A stretch of DNA of 64,000 bases from Pseudotevenvirus miller (lineage: Duplodnaviria; Heunggongvirae; Uroviricota; Caudoviricetes; Straboviridae). Below, piece after piece: positions 1-9,083 of the stretch; the stretch's first letter is position 1; each line of letters begins with the position of its first letter. The stretch is from the IMG/VR virus record IMGVR_UViG_2706796139_000001, positions 50,895-114,894 of that record; one strand, given 5' to 3'. The notes under the pieces are model-generated. The model searched no databases and was not told the DNA's origin. It saw only the letters and a list, made by a program, of their open reading frames with translations. The position numbers were made by a program, and so were the translations under genes.

Positions 1-335
1 TGAAAGTAAAAGCATCTTTTGAATACGTGATTATCGAAGCAACTGCTCGACCGCAGGGTTCCGAAATCGTATCATCAACTGGCATTGTAGTAGGTGTGCG
101 TCAACACGGGGAACAACCGTATTTTGGTAAAGTTGTTTCTGTAGGGCCGGAAGTACCGGAAGAAAACGCAAAAGCCCTGTTGGGTAAAATGGTTCCGCTT
201 CCACATGCTCAAATGGCGAATGTTCCAGATCCAGACCTGGTTGCTGGCTACATTTCCGAAAAAGAAGCAAAAGAGAAAGAAAAGAAATACGTTTCTGCAC
301 ATTACAAAGCTGTTCAAGCAATTTACGAGATCTAA
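1..335 (+). CDS. 31: co-chaperonin gp31 (GroES-like), 5' end outside window
   Basis: Open frame from position 3 with no upstream stop in the window. The C-terminal segment (...KYVSAHYKAVQAIYEI) and glycine-rich mobile-loop region resemble T4 gp31. It is followed by an rIII-like gene and ligase 30, as in T4. Confidence 0.6.
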   Translation, partial: KVKASFEYVIIEATARPQGSEIVSSTGIVVGVRQHGEQPYFGKVVSVGPEVPEENAKALLGKMVPLPHAQMANVPDPDLVAGYISEKEAKEKEKKYVSAHYKAVQAIYEI

Positions 336-337
336 TC

Positions 338-589
338 ATGGCTAAATCAATTCAAAGCATTATCGCTGATACCGTCAGCAAGTCCAAAAAACTGTTCGAC
401 AAAGGCGATATCCTGGAAGCTCCGGCACGTATCGACGTGATGACAGCAATGATCATCGATGCGCATCAGGGTAAACTGAAATCTCGTGCCGATGAAGTCA
501 TGGCATATGTTGTCCAGTTTGAAGACGTATGCAAATACGCGAAGGGTGTAGACCCGCTGGTACAAGAGATCTACCGTAAGCAATTCTAA
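338..589 (+). CDS. rIII: rIII-like lysis-inhibition accessory protein
   Basis: 83 aa ORF immediately 3' of gene 31. Size and position match T4 rIII. The sequence-level match is weak and taken from memory. Confidence 0.4.
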   Translation: MAKSIQSIIADTVSKSKKLFDKGDILEAPARIDVMTAMIIDAHQGKLKSRADEVMAYVVQFEDVCKYAKGVDPLVQEIYRKQF

Positions 590-595
590 AAATTT

Positions 596-673
596 GGCCC
601 CTTAGCTCAATTGGTTAGAGCGAACCCCTCATAAGGGTGTGGTTTCCGGTTCGAGTCACGGAAGGGGCCACCA
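596..673 (+). tRNA. tRNA-Met (anticodon CAU; could be elongator Met or lysidine-Ile)
   Basis: Cloverleaf readable by eye. Acceptor stem GGCCCCT/AGGGGCC, D-stem GCTC/GAGC, anticodon loop CTCATAA (CAT), T-loop TTCGAGT, and an encoded CCA. The T-stem has one bulge or mismatch, and there is an A27-G43 mismatch. Confidence 0.6.
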
Positions 674-691
674 AACAAACGAAGCGTAATT

Positions 692-931
692 ATGAAATTT
701 GAAAAAATCAAATGTACCTATGCTTTTTATGATAATTACTGTGATACAATTTTTTACGCATTTGACACAGTACCCGTAATCGGACATGGTGAATGGGCAA
801 TATCGCGTGGTGGTGATGTTGCATATGATTTACAAACTGATAGGATTACACAAACTGGATTTCCGAATGAATTAATGAGTGTACTTAATTATATTACGGA
901 TGACATTGAAATTGATGGTTTAGAAGAATAA
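692..931 (+). CDS. hypothetical protein (79 aa)
   Basis: ORF in a + strand early cluster. No recognisable domain. Confidence 0.4.
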   Translation: MKFEKIKCTYAFYDNYCDTIFYAFDTVPVIGHGEWAISRGGDVAYDLQTDRITQTGFPNELMSVLNYITDDIEIDGLEE

Positions 932-1103
932 ACATCGTTATAAAAATTAGGGTGCTGGCGCAATGCCGTTAAATGGTTCCGAATATGCAACCGTATCTTA
1001 TGGGATCGGCTCTGTTGGTATCGGGTAATAGGTTCCCTGGAATGCAGGGTGAAGTAAAGAAACTCCCAGCCCACAAATTAAATTAAACTTAAAGAGAAAT
1101 GAA

Positions 1104-1532
1104 ATGAATACATCTGGTCTGATTACCCTGTTTAAACTGGCTCCGAAAATGCGTGATATTCTTGCGCATCCTCATGGACACTATAACGAAGAACTCATGC
1201 GACTATTTCAAGAAGAAATTCCTGATTTTGAACGCGTGTTTGGTGATGCGCTTACCGCATATTCTACACAGGGTTATCTTGCAGCACCGTTAGTAAACAA
1301 CCCCGAAGAATATCGACGGACTTATTTCAACTGGCAGATTATTACACTGATTAAGCGTAGCGGCATTACCCCGACAAACTACCAGCTTTTAACAGTTGAC
1401 GCGTCGAAATTTTTGATCCAATATATGATCACGGGTGGATTCAAAAACGAACTCGTACCAGTTGATAATGATGCGTTGCTGGAAGAATTCGACGACGCAA
1501 AACATTTAATCGATGCAATGAAATCTATGTGA
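1104..1532 (+). CDS. hypothetical protein (142 aa)
   Basis: ORF with an upstream AG-rich RBS (aaagagaaatgaaATG). No recognisable domain. Confidence 0.5.
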   Translation: MNTSGLITLFKLAPKMRDILAHPHGHYNEELMRLFQEEIPDFERVFGDALTAYSTQGYLAAPLVNNPEEYRRTYFNWQIITLIKRSGITPTNYQLLTVDASKFLIQYMITGGFKNELVPVDNDALLEEFDDAKHLIDAMKSM

Positions 1533-1539
1533 GGTTTAT

Positions 1540-1704
1540 ATGCAGTTTCGTGAAAAGATGCTATATCATCCAGACGGACATTTTGAGCAAGTATTTGTTC
1601 CGATGTCTCCGGTTAAATTCAAAGAACGCTACGGCGTTACTTTTAAAGAGTGGAAATCAAACCTCCATAAAGACGACTACCGGAAGAACTTTACGAATCT
1701 GTAA
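1540..1704 (+). CDS. small hypothetical protein (54 aa)
   Basis: ATG preceded by GAGG, 54 codons, ending just before a terminator hairpin. It is absent from the ORF track because it is under 60 aa. Confidence 0.35.
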   Translation: MQFREKMLYHPDGHFEQVFVPMSPVKFKERYGVTFKEWKSNLHKDDYRKNFTNL

Positions 1705-1732
1705 TAACCGCAGCATACGAAATTTAATCAAC

Positions 1733-1760
1733 AGGCTATCTTCGGATAGCCTTTTTTCTG
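1733..1760 (+). terminator. rho-independent terminator
   Basis: aggctatcTTCGgatagcct hairpin followed by a T-run. Confidence 0.55.
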
Positions 1761-1768
1761 GAGAAACT

Positions 1769-2335
1769 ATGCGCTATTTAAAATACGCAAGCTGGATCTT
1801 ACTGGTTCCGGTAGACATTATCACAGGTGTTCTTGCTATCCTGTTAGCCCCCTTTGTGGTTCCGTTCTATGATGAAAAAGTAGGACATCTGCCTAAAGGG
1901 TTCCGATGGATGGAAACCTATGATAACCCGATTGATGGTGACGGTGGACACATCGAACGCTGGAAAGATATTCGCAAATGGGGCGCTGTCGGTGTCTATG
2001 CTCAACGTGTGGCGTGGCTATGGCGTAACAAGGCGTATAACTTCGCGTATCATGTGCTGGGGCGTGAGTCTATATCACACACCTACTGGAAAGGAAACAA
2101 ACTGGTAGACAGCAGTTCAAGCGATCCTAAACATCATGGCTTCCTGGTGATGTGGAACGAATCTGCGTGGGGTGTATTCGGTTTCGTGCCGTGGCTACGT
2201 ATCCATAACATTCAATTCTGTCTGCGTGTCTATTGCGGGTGGAAACTGAAATCGGAAGTAAACAACCCAGACAATAAAGACCGTGTGATGCTGGCATTCC
2301 ACATCAACCCGTTCCGGTTCTATAAAATCAAGTAA
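1769..2335 (+). CDS. hypothetical protein, hydrophobic N-terminus (about 189 aa)
   Basis: Starts at M of MRYLKYASWILLVPVDIITGVLAILLAPFVV. The listed 1529..2335 ORF is an upstream read-through in the same frame. Confidence 0.5.
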   Translation: MRYLKYASWILLVPVDIITGVLAILLAPFVVPFYDEKVGHLPKGFRWMETYDNPIDGDGGHIERWKDIRKWGAVGVYAQRVAWLWRNKAYNFAYHVLGRESISHTYWKGNKLVDSSSSDPKHHGFLVMWNESAWGVFGFVPWLRIHNIQFCLRVYCGWKLKSEVNNPDNKDRVMLAFHINPFRFYKIK

Positions 2336-2344
2336 AGGTAATAT

Positions 2345-2707
2345 ATGAAAGCGTATCAAATTTTAGAAGGTTTACATACTGGTACTATCTATCTGGAAGA
2401 AGGAAACGATGTTCGGATCGTAGTATCAAAAACTCTCGAAATGGATTCAGTGATCGGAAAAGCTCGCGTTGTACCATTCGCAAAACGTGAAGTTGATATT
2501 GAGTTTCAACCGACTGTTAAAGTTGAAGGTGGACAGCACCTAAACGTGAATGTGCTACGTCGCGAAACCCTGGAAGATGCTGTGAAACATCCTGAGAAGT
2601 ACCCACAGTTAACGATCCGCGTTTCAGGTTATGCAGTTCGCTTTAATGCACTGACTCCAGAACAACAGCGCGACGTTATCGCCAGAACCTTTACGGAAAG
2701 CATGTAA
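2345..2707 (+). CDS. grcA: autonomous glycyl radical cofactor (GrcA/YfiD-like; T4 Y06I-like)
   Basis: The C-terminus [29 protein letters not shown] is the glycyl-radical motif of PflB/GrcA (RVSGY). Confidence 0.85.
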   Translation: MKAYQILEGLHTGTIYLEEGNDVRIVVSKTLEMDSVIGKARVVPFAKREVDIEFQPTVKVEGGQHLNVNVLRRETLEDAVKHPEKYPQLTIRVSGYAVRFNALTPEQQRDVIARTFTESM

Positions 2708-2988
2708 TGTCTATTGAAGATATCAAGGGGTATAAACCCCATACTGATGAAAAAATTACGATCGTGAATCGTATCAAAGCAGCAGAAAATGAACTGGGTG
2801 CTATCCTGGATGATCTTGATAAACGATATTCAGGTGATTACGCCTGTTCAGATCTGGAATCACACACAGAAAAAGAACTTGATGAAATGCTCGAACGTAC
2901 ACATCAAATTCAATTGGCAAAAGACCGACTGAAAGAAGCCTCTATGTGGGCGTGTCGTGCGGTGTTCCAGCCAGAAGAAAACTATTAA
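2707..2988 (+). CDS. hypothetical protein (93 aa)
   Basis: ORF translationally coupled to the grcA-like gene (ATGTAATG overlap). Confidence 0.5.
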   Translation: MSIEDIKGYKPHTDEKITIVNRIKAAENELGAILDDLDKRYSGDYACSDLESHTEKELDEMLERTHQIQLAKDRLKEASMWACRAVFQPEENY

Positions 2989-2994
2989 AATCAA

Positions 2995-3024
2995 GCCGTT
3001 GCCGAAAGGTGACGGCTTTTTTCG
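2995..3024 (+). terminator. rho-independent terminator
   Basis: agccgttgccGAAAggtgacggct hairpin followed by a T-run. Confidence 0.5.
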
Positions 3025-3113
3025 TTTATATCGAAAATAATGCTTGCGTTGAATCCGGCTTTCTTGTATCTTTAACCACGTAGGCAAGACAACTTAACTT
3101 TGAGGATGACATT

Positions 3114-3404
3114 ATGAAAACTTACAACATGAAAGACCTGGTTTGCTTCAAAACTCGTCGTGAAGCCCGTGCGTATGTTCTGGCGGCTGGTAAAAATACC
3201 TCTGCTGTAATCGACCTGGGTACTGATAAAGAGGTTGGTGCTCGTTGGGCCGCTGTTGTGGTTATCGCTGTCCCTGTTACCCCTGCTAAAACTCTGGTTC
3301 TGGGTGCTCGCAATAGCGAAACTTTGAACACCAGCACTTGCAATAACAGAGGCGTTCATAGTGTCAAAGTGTTCAAACGTCGCAGCATTGGTGCGAGGGC
3401 TTAA
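3114..3404 (+). CDS. hypothetical protein (96 aa)
   Basis: ORF with GAGG RBS. Ala/Val-rich. No recognised domain. Confidence 0.4.
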   Translation: MKTYNMKDLVCFKTRREARAYVLAAGKNTSAVIDLGTDKEVGARWAAVVVIAVPVTPAKTLVLGARNSETLNTSTCNNRGVHSVKVFKRRSIGARA

Positions 3405-3613
3405 TGATGGTAAATTTCAAAGCAGGTGATCTTATTTCACCAAAGAACCGAGAATGCATTAAAGAGTTCCCATATTGGGAAAATCTGGAGATTGTATCTT
3501 TCTGCTCTGATTTGTGTGAAGCGGTAGTACGTCAAAAGGATGGTTGGATGTGTAATCATTTTAACCTCGACCCAGAATTTGGTGAAGAGTTCGAAGTTGT
3601 TGGGAGTGTATGA
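3404..3613 (+). CDS. hypothetical protein (69 aa), Cys-containing
   Basis: ORF in a tight early-gene array. Confidence 0.35.
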   Translation: MMVNFKAGDLISPKNRECIKEFPYWENLEIVSFCSDLCEAVVRQKDGWMCNHFNLDPEFGEEFEVVGSV

Positions 3614-3615
3614 AA

Positions 3616-3821
3616 TGAGCAAAACCAAAGAATTAGAACAGAAAGTATTGGGGTTCATGAGTAACAGCGAAGATCGCTATGCGAAACACCTCATTGTTGA
3701 ACTGATCACCGAGTTACGCCGCCGTGACAAAGAGATTAAAGATCTGAAAGATGAAAAGCGTGTGGTTCGCGAGGTTGTTGTAGAACCAGTTGAATACAAC
3801 TTTGGCCCTGGTGGTGCATGA
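3616..3821 (+). CDS. hypothetical protein (68 aa)
   Basis: Starts MSKTKELEQK. The listed 3540..3821 ORF is an upstream extension. Confidence 0.4.
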
Positions 3822-4048
3822 TGCGATATGGTAAAAAAGACTATGTTCTTATAGTCGGTCAGCAATACGTAAAGCGTGATTTCTTCGGTGAACTGTTCCT
3901 TTCGAACAATCCTGAATTGATGTACTCATTCGAAACGGAAGAAGACGCGTATATTGCTAAGAACAACAGCAGAAATGCAGATATTCGTAACTTTGCTCGC
4001 GTATACGAGCGCAACACTTTAATAACTTACGAGGCATGTGATCAATGA
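3818..4048 (+). CDS. hypothetical protein (76 aa)
   Basis: ATGA overlap with the upstream gene. Confidence 0.4.
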   Translation: MMRYGKKDYVLIVGQQYVKRDFFGELFLSNNPELMYSFETEEDAYIAKNNSRNADIRNFARVYERNTLITYEACDQ

Positions 4049-4212
4049 AAAAATTTATCAACGCAGCATTACAAGAAATCTTCGACGCGCTGGAAGCCTG
4101 GAAGACACGCACAGACGTTTCTATCACTTCGGCATCCAATGGTACTACATACGACCGTTACGATCCTTCTCGTGGCTTACACAAGCCGTATGAGACTAAG
4201 GAATCAAAATGA
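4045..4212 (+). CDS. small hypothetical protein (55 aa)
   Basis: ATGA-coupled small ORF, not in the ORF track because it is under 60 aa. Confidence 0.3.
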   Translation: MKKFINAALQEIFDALEAWKTRTDVSITSASNGTTYDRYDPSRGLHKPYETKESK

Positions 4213-4361
4213 AGTATTACGGGTTTAAAACAAGTCATTACGGTAAAGCGTACCGCACTGACAACATCGATCGCAAACGTCCGTATTACGATTCTCTGGT
4301 ACGTGCAGGTCGTAAACGTGCTCGCCAGGAAGGGAAGAAGGAAGGAGAAGACCGTGGTTGA
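4209..4361 (+). CDS. small basic hypothetical protein (50 aa)
   Basis: ATGA-coupled ORF MKYYGFKTSHYGKAYRTDNIDRKRPYYDSLVRAGRKRARQEGKKEGEDRG. Confidence 0.3.
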   Translation: MKYYGFKTSHYGKAYRTDNIDRKRPYYDSLVRAGRKRARQEGKKEGEDRG

Positions 4362-4493
4362 TAATTCAGATCTGAATGAAGCACTTCGTTCTATTACTGC
4401 GAATACTAAACCGAAAAAGAGAACAGGAGAAATCATCTTTTTATGTGTATGGTATTTTGTGTTTAGCTTTGTTGTTGGCGCTGCATTTGCGAA

Positions 4494-4946
4494 ATGGTTC
4501 TTATAATGGATATCGGATCAGGTAGTCAATACCCATCATGCGCATTGAGCAACTTTGCTCCGCATCCGTTTACATTTGACGGGGTAGAATGTGCATCGAT
4601 GGAGGGCTTTTTACAAAGTCTGAAATTTAGCAATCCAGATATGCAAGCACATGTGTGTACTCTGGTCGGTAAGGCTGCAAAGTTCAAAGGCAAAAAGAAA
4701 AAATGGTGGACAACCCAAACCCTGTATTGGAAGGGTATTCCGATCCATCGTGAATCAGAAGCCTATCAGATCCTTATCGAAAACGCGTACAATGCGTTGT
4801 TCCTGAATGAAGGGTTTCGCCGTGCGTTGAAAGCAACCGGAAAAAGTACCTTGACTCATTCAATGGGAAAGAATAAGATGAATGAAACGGTGCTCACTGA
4901 ACGTGAGTTTGTGCGAAATTTAACCCGACTAAGGGATCTGCTATGA
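4494..4946 (+). CDS. NADAR / YbiA-like (DUF1768) domain protein
   Basis: SNFAPHPF...DG...S.E..FQ..KF pattern typical of the NADAR fold, 150 aa. Confidence 0.7.
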   Translation: MVLIMDIGSGSQYPSCALSNFAPHPFTFDGVECASMEGFLQSLKFSNPDMQAHVCTLVGKAAKFKGKKKKWWTTQTLYWKGIPIHRESEAYQILIENAYNALFLNEGFRRALKATGKSTLTHSMGKNKMNETVLTEREFVRNLTRLRDLL

Positions 4947-5161
4947 TTGGTTATTCAGTAGTTCAGATGTCTAACGGGAAATGGCGACTGTTTTATTATT
5001 TTCGTTGGTTTCCGTGGTATAAATGGACTCCGACCTTTGGTGATGGTTGCGGGAACGATACGGGTATTCCGGTTGAATACAAACAAAAGATTGATGTTAT
5101 TGATTGGCATCTTAAGAACGAACAATTAAAAGAAAGGTTGAAATTATTACAATGCTTATGA
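4943..5161 (+). CDS. hypothetical protein (72 aa), Trp-rich
   Basis: ATGA-coupled ORF. Confidence 0.35.
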   Translation: MIGYSVVQMSNGKWRLFYYFRWFPWYKWTPTFGDGCGNDTGIPVEYKQKIDVIDWHLKNEQLKERLKLLQCL

Positions 5162-5364
5162 TTTATTTCGCAATCGTAGTTGGTGTCTTGATATACCTTG
5201 CTATTGGTGTATACTGTGCAGCACGGTTTTCCTGGTGTTTTGGTGTAAGTCATAACGGCTACCATACATTCTGGGGTACTGTGTTACAATATACCATTTT
5301 CCCGTTGATTGTGTTGTTTTGGCCTTTCTTCGCGTTGTGGTTCATCTTTGCATTATTTGTCTGA
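5152..5364 (+). CDS. small membrane protein (70 aa)
   Basis: Two predicted TM helices (IYFAIVVGVLIYLAIGVY...FPLIVLFWPFFALWFIFALF). Confidence 0.4.
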   Translation: MLMIYFAIVVGVLIYLAIGVYCAARFSWCFGVSHNGYHTFWGTVLQYTIFPLIVLFWPFFALWFIFALFV

Positions 5365-5370
5365 GGTTAT

Positions 5371-5638
5371 TATGAGTGAAAATGAAAGAGTAGAATGCGC
5401 GTTCCTGTTCAAAGGCGCGATCAACCCATTGGCATTACTCCACGCACAAGGTGCATTGAGTTCTACAATAATCATGAGTGTTATCTACAAAGCTGGTGTG
5501 TATTACGTTACGATCGGCGCAAACAATATGCGCGTGATGGAAAGCTACGTTGAAAAATGCGGACACAGAGGTATTGTATTTAACCGTATTGATATGGATA
5601 TTCCACCATACGACGCAATTTATATGTACAGGGGTTGA
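5371..5638 (+). CDS. hypothetical protein (89 aa)
   Basis: Starts MSENERVECAF. The listed 5309 ORF is an upstream extension. Confidence 0.4.
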
Positions 5639-5862
5639 TGATGGAATATTGGATTTATTTTGATTGCTCTGACCTCGATCCTGGGGTGTTGAGTCTTGCA
5701 GCAGCATATCACCAGACTATAACGGGGATCTCCGTGACTAACGATGATATGCTGTGTATTGAGTTTTCTGGGTATCGTCGATTTGAACGTGATATGTTCC
5801 TTGCATATTTGAACGCGCACAAATCAGATGTGTTCTACGATCGTTATGAGGTTAAATCTTGA
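5635..5862 (+). CDS. hypothetical protein (75 aa)
   Basis: ATGA-coupled ORF. Confidence 0.4.
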   Translation: MMMEYWIYFDCSDLDPGVLSLAAAYHQTITGISVTNDDMLCIEFSGYRRFERDMFLAYLNAHKSDVFYDRYEVKS

Positions 5863-6476
5863 AACCAGTTATTCTTACCGATATTGACGGGATCGCCGTA
5901 AAATGGCAAAGCGGCCTCCCGTTCTTTTTGTCTAAACACAATATGCCTACTGATATTGCTCTGGACATGGTCACCGATGAAAGATTTCGTGATATGACCG
6001 AAATATTCGGGTGTGATCACCAACTGGCTAAAATCCTGATGGAAGAATATAACAACAGTTCGTTTATTCGCTATCTAAGCGCGTATGACGATGCGTTAGT
6101 TGTGATCAACCGTCTGAAAGCCAAATATGATTTCGTCGCTGTCACGGCGCTGGGAACCACTCCTACGGCAAGTCTGAACCGTATTGCAAACCTGAACACA
6201 TTGTTCCCGTCTGCATTCAAAGAAGTGATGGTCGTCGGACATGGTGAAACAAAAACACATCGTTACCTGGAAGCAAAAGCCAAATACGGATCGCGGTTGG
6301 TTTGCTTTGTTGATGACCTTGCGGTAAACTTAAACGAGTGTCATAACGTTATCAGTCAGTTGCCGTTATTTCACATGTTGCGTGGTGAACGTGAACAACC
6401 AAATGTTCCGCACAGTATCGTAAAATCATGGTTTGAAATTGAAGAGAAATTAGATGATCTTATCAATATTGAATGA
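5859..6476 (+). CDS. HAD-superfamily phosphatase, 5'(3')-deoxyribonucleotidase-like
   Basis: N-terminal ILTDIDGI (DxDx[TV] motif I), a later conserved K and a (F)VDD motif. 205 aa. Confidence 0.6.
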   Translation: MKPVILTDIDGIAVKWQSGLPFFLSKHNMPTDIALDMVTDERFRDMTEIFGCDHQLAKILMEEYNNSSFIRYLSAYDDALVVINRLKAKYDFVAVTALGTTPTASLNRIANLNTLFPSAFKEVMVVGHGETKTHRYLEAKAKYGSRLVCFVDDLAVNLNECHNVISQLPLFHMLRGEREQPNVPHSIVKSWFEIEEKLDDLINIE

Positions 6477-7977
6477 ACTTGCATCGACTCTGAAAACCTC
6501 AGAGAAGGAAGCAATTTTAAAACGTAATGCAAACAACCTATTGTTGAAAGAGATTTTCCGAATTACGTACACAAAACAGATTATGTTCTATGTGCGTAAA
6601 TTTCCCCAAATCCTGTACAATGATATGAACCCTCGCGATCTTGCGTGGGCTGTTGATGCTCTGGGTGTATTGTCTCGACGTGAAAAGACGGGCAACGATG
6701 CGAAAGAATATCTTCGTCGGGTTGTATCATCAGTAAACGAGAACGATCGCGAAGTGTTGCGCCGTATCATTAACCGCGATCTTGAATGTGGTGCGGGTAC
6801 AACTCTGCCAAACCGCGTATGGAAGAAACTTATTCCAGAACAGCCTCAATGCCTCGCTACGCCGTTTAGTGAAAAAGCCTTAAAACGTATTCGCTTCCCT
6901 GCTTACTCTCAGCTTAAAGCCGATGGTGCGCGTTGTATGTCGGATCTGTTAGAAGACCAGATTCGCAAAGCAACCCGCGCGGGAAATGAGTATACAGGTT
7001 TGGTTGATCTGGATAAGGACTTGAAAAAGATCCGCGAATATCTGGGTTATGATGTTGTGCTGGATGGAGAATTGATTTATGTCCCTACTGAAAAAGCTGT
7101 TATCGAACCTGCAAGCGGGATTCCTTTTAGTCTTGCTGGGTTTATGGATGATGACGACGATGATATTTCTGGTCTTGTGGCAGATGTTCGACGGGAAACT
7201 ACCGAGAACGAAACACTGGAAGAAGCGAAACGCGAAGAGGGCAACGGGATTGTAAACAAATCCCTGAAAGGCACTATTAGCGACGAAGAACAGCGCAACA
7301 TTGTATATGTTGTCTGGGACATCATACCGTATGAAGTTTATTATGGCGATGCTCCGAGTGTTCAACCGTATTGCGATCGTTTGTCTATCCTGGATGGTGC
7401 TCTGGCTGGTTCTGGGGTATCGTGTGTTAAGTTAATCCCTTCTCGCGTTGTGTATAACATTGCAGAAGCAAAACTGGATTACAACAACTATCGAAATGAC
7501 GGTAAAGAGGGTTCTATCCTGAAAAATACCGATTTCGTCTGGAAGGATTCACGCGTTGCTGATCAGGTTAAGTTGAAGAACAAAACCCCGATTGAACTAC
7601 GGATCATCGACGTATACGCACATACCAAAGAACCCCATAAAGTCGGGGGTTTTGTGGTTGAAGACTTATCAGGTGAAGCCAGGACAAACACAGGTTCCGG
7701 TCTGACTGATACAGACTACCGCTATGATGAAGATGGTATTACGCGTGTGTATATCCCGTTAGAAGAACGCGGAGAACTGGATCGCGAGTACATCATGGCG
7801 AACAAAGATGACTATATCGGCGCTATCGTCGAAATGGAAGTTGACGGACTCCAGAAGTCTAAGACGCGTAAGAAAGGGGAACCTGAATACAGTTTCTTCT
7901 TGCCAATCATCAAAAAGATTCGACGCGATAAGACGGAACCTGATGATATTCATGTGGTTTTTGCTGATCTGTTTTAA
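6454..7977 (+). CDS. 30: ATP-dependent DNA ligase (T4 gp30)
   Basis: Strong similarity to the T4 ligase, with N-terminal MILSILNELAS and the KADGARC adenylation motif. 507 aa, with an acidic insertion (FMDDDDDDISG). Confidence 0.95.
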   Translation: MILSILNELASTLKTSEKEAILKRNANNLLLKEIFRITYTKQIMFYVRKFPQILYNDMNPRDLAWAVDALGVLSRREKTGNDAKEYLRRVVSSVNENDREVLRRIINRDLECGAGTTLPNRVWKKLIPEQPQCLATPFSEKALKRIRFPAYSQLKADGARCMSDLLEDQIRKATRAGNEYTGLVDLDKDLKKIREYLGYDVVLDGELIYVPTEKAVIEPASGIPFSLAGFMDDDDDDISGLVADVRRETTENETLEEAKREEGNGIVNKSLKGTISDEEQRNIVYVVWDIIPYEVYYGDAPSVQPYCDRLSILDGALAGSGVSCVKLIPSRVVYNIAEAKLDYNNYRNDGKEGSILKNTDFVWKDSRVADQVKLKNKTPIELRIIDVYAHTKEPHKVGGFVVEDLSGEARTNTGSGLTDTDYRYDEDGITRVYIPLEERGELDREYIMANKDDYIGAIVEMEVDGLQKSKTRKKGEPEYSFFLPIIKKIRRDKTEPDDIHVVFADLF

Positions 7978-7993
7978 ATAGCACTTTTTGTTT

Positions 7994-8071
7994 AAAAAGC
8001 CCCTTGCGTAAGTGAGGGGCTTTTGTTATTGTACACACATCGAAACGAAACAGACAAAAGGAACTACGAAA
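7994..8071 (+). promoter_or_regulatory. PeSL-like cassette: terminator hairpin carrying a -35 (TTGCGT), a -10 (TATTGT) and a conserved leader
   Basis: aaaaagccccTTGCGTaagtgaggggcttttgtTATTGTacacacatcgaaacgaaacagacaaaaggaac...ATG. Unit repeated 10 or more times in the window. Confidence 0.55.
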
Positions 8072-8326
8072 ATGGCTAGAACAATCAAAGATTTCCACGA
8101 TGACCAGATTATTTCTCATGTGATGAATGGTCGTATGATTCTGGTTCAGGATGGTGAAGATACCACTCTGATTGTCGAAAACGTAGTTCACTACAGCAAC
8201 AGCAGTTTAGAAGGCATGTTCAAATGGTTGTTGCGCCAGCACAAAGCAGAGAAAAGCAGTCTCCCAGCACAGTGCAAAGCCCACGCAAAAAACCTGGTTG
8301 TCGTTACTAAAATGAGAATGCGTTAA
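8072..8326 (+). CDS. hypothetical protein (84 aa)
   Basis: ATG 8072 downstream of the conserved leader. The listed 8012 ORF is an upstream extension through the promoter. Confidence 0.5.
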   Translation: MARTIKDFHDDQIISHVMNGRMILVQDGEDTTLIVENVVHYSNSSLEGMFKWLLRQHKAEKSSLPAQCKAHAKNLVVVTKMRMR

Positions 8327-8418
8327 AAATTGCCCCTTCGGGGGCAAATAATAGTTGCATTAAATCCTGGTTGTGATACATTACACACATCGAAACGAAA
8401 CAGAGAAAGGAACATACC
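8326..8418 (+). promoter_or_regulatory. PeSL-like cassette (hairpin, early promoter, conserved leader)
   Basis: ttgccccttcgggggcaa hairpin, then ...cattacacacatcgaaacgaaacagagaaaggaacataccATG. Confidence 0.5.
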
Positions 8419-8688
8419 ATGAACATCGATAAAGAACTCGAAGGAAAAGTAATCAACCTGGCAGACCGTGCGCGTTTTGAAAAGCTGGCTAATGGTGGTG
8501 AATCTCTGGGTGATGCAGTAGCATTATTCGAAAGACTTCGTGTTAAACGTGTTGTAGATGGCTGGGTTATTGCTCTCCCTGTCGCAGATGAAGACAAAGC
8601 GGTATATGACCCAGTTGCCGATTCATGGGATATCGCAATCTGTCTGGTTAACATTGAAGTAGAACTTTGCTTCGAGGAAGAAAAATAA
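8419..8688 (+). CDS. hypothetical protein (89 aa)
   Basis: ORF behind a PeSL leader. Confidence 0.5.
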   Translation: MNIDKELEGKVINLADRARFEKLANGGESLGDAVALFERLRVKRVVDGWVIALPVADEDKAVYDPVADSWDIAICLVNIEVELCFEEEK

Positions 8689-8692
8689 TTGA

Positions 8693-8759
8693 TTAAACCC
8701 CTTGCACATCGCGAGGGGTTTTGATACAGTACACACATCGAAACGAAAGGAGAAACATC
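8693..8759 (+). promoter_or_regulatory. PeSL-like cassette
   Basis: aaaccccTTGCACatcgcgaggggttttgatacagtacacacatcgaaacgaaaggagaaacatcATG. Confidence 0.5.
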
Positions 8760-9083
8760 ATGAAAGTTATGCACACTGCGAATCAACTTCAAAACGGCAA
8801 CTACGCGATCCACGATGCTATCGGTGCGCTGGTTGGGGTTTATCTTCCTGGTAGCAAATACCTCGAAGTTAGTGGGAATACCTTTACTGATGTTGAAAAC
8901 ATCGAAGCAGCAATGGAAATCATCGGTGAAGATCCGAATCTTCGTTGGTGTTGTGCGAAAACTGGTTTTGATGCTGCATGGGGTGCTACTCCAGAACAGG
9001 CGCGAGAAAACTGGGAACATCAGCAAATGTTCTTTGCGCATAAAACCCCATTCAATTATGACGGGAGTCACATAGCAGCATGA
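8760..9083 (+). CDS. hypothetical protein (about 107 aa)
   Basis: Starts MKVMHTANQLQNG behind a PeSL leader. Confidence 0.5.
   Translation: MKVMHTANQLQNGNYAIHDAIGALVGVYLPGSKYLEVSGNTFTDVENIEAAMEIIGEDPNLRWCCAKTGFDAAWGATPEQARENWEHQQMFFAHKTPFNYDGSHIAA

Noticed and set aside
1529-2335. 268 aa ORF spanning 1529..2335
   Set aside because: Its first 80 codons run through an intergenic terminator (1733..1760) and overlap a separate small ORF (1540..1704) in another frame. The real gene most likely starts at ATG 1769 (MRYLKYASW...).
7141-7165. GAT/GAC run (gatgatgacgacgatgat) as a microsatellite
   Set aside because: It encodes an in-frame poly-Asp insertion (MDDDDDDISG) inside the ligase gene.
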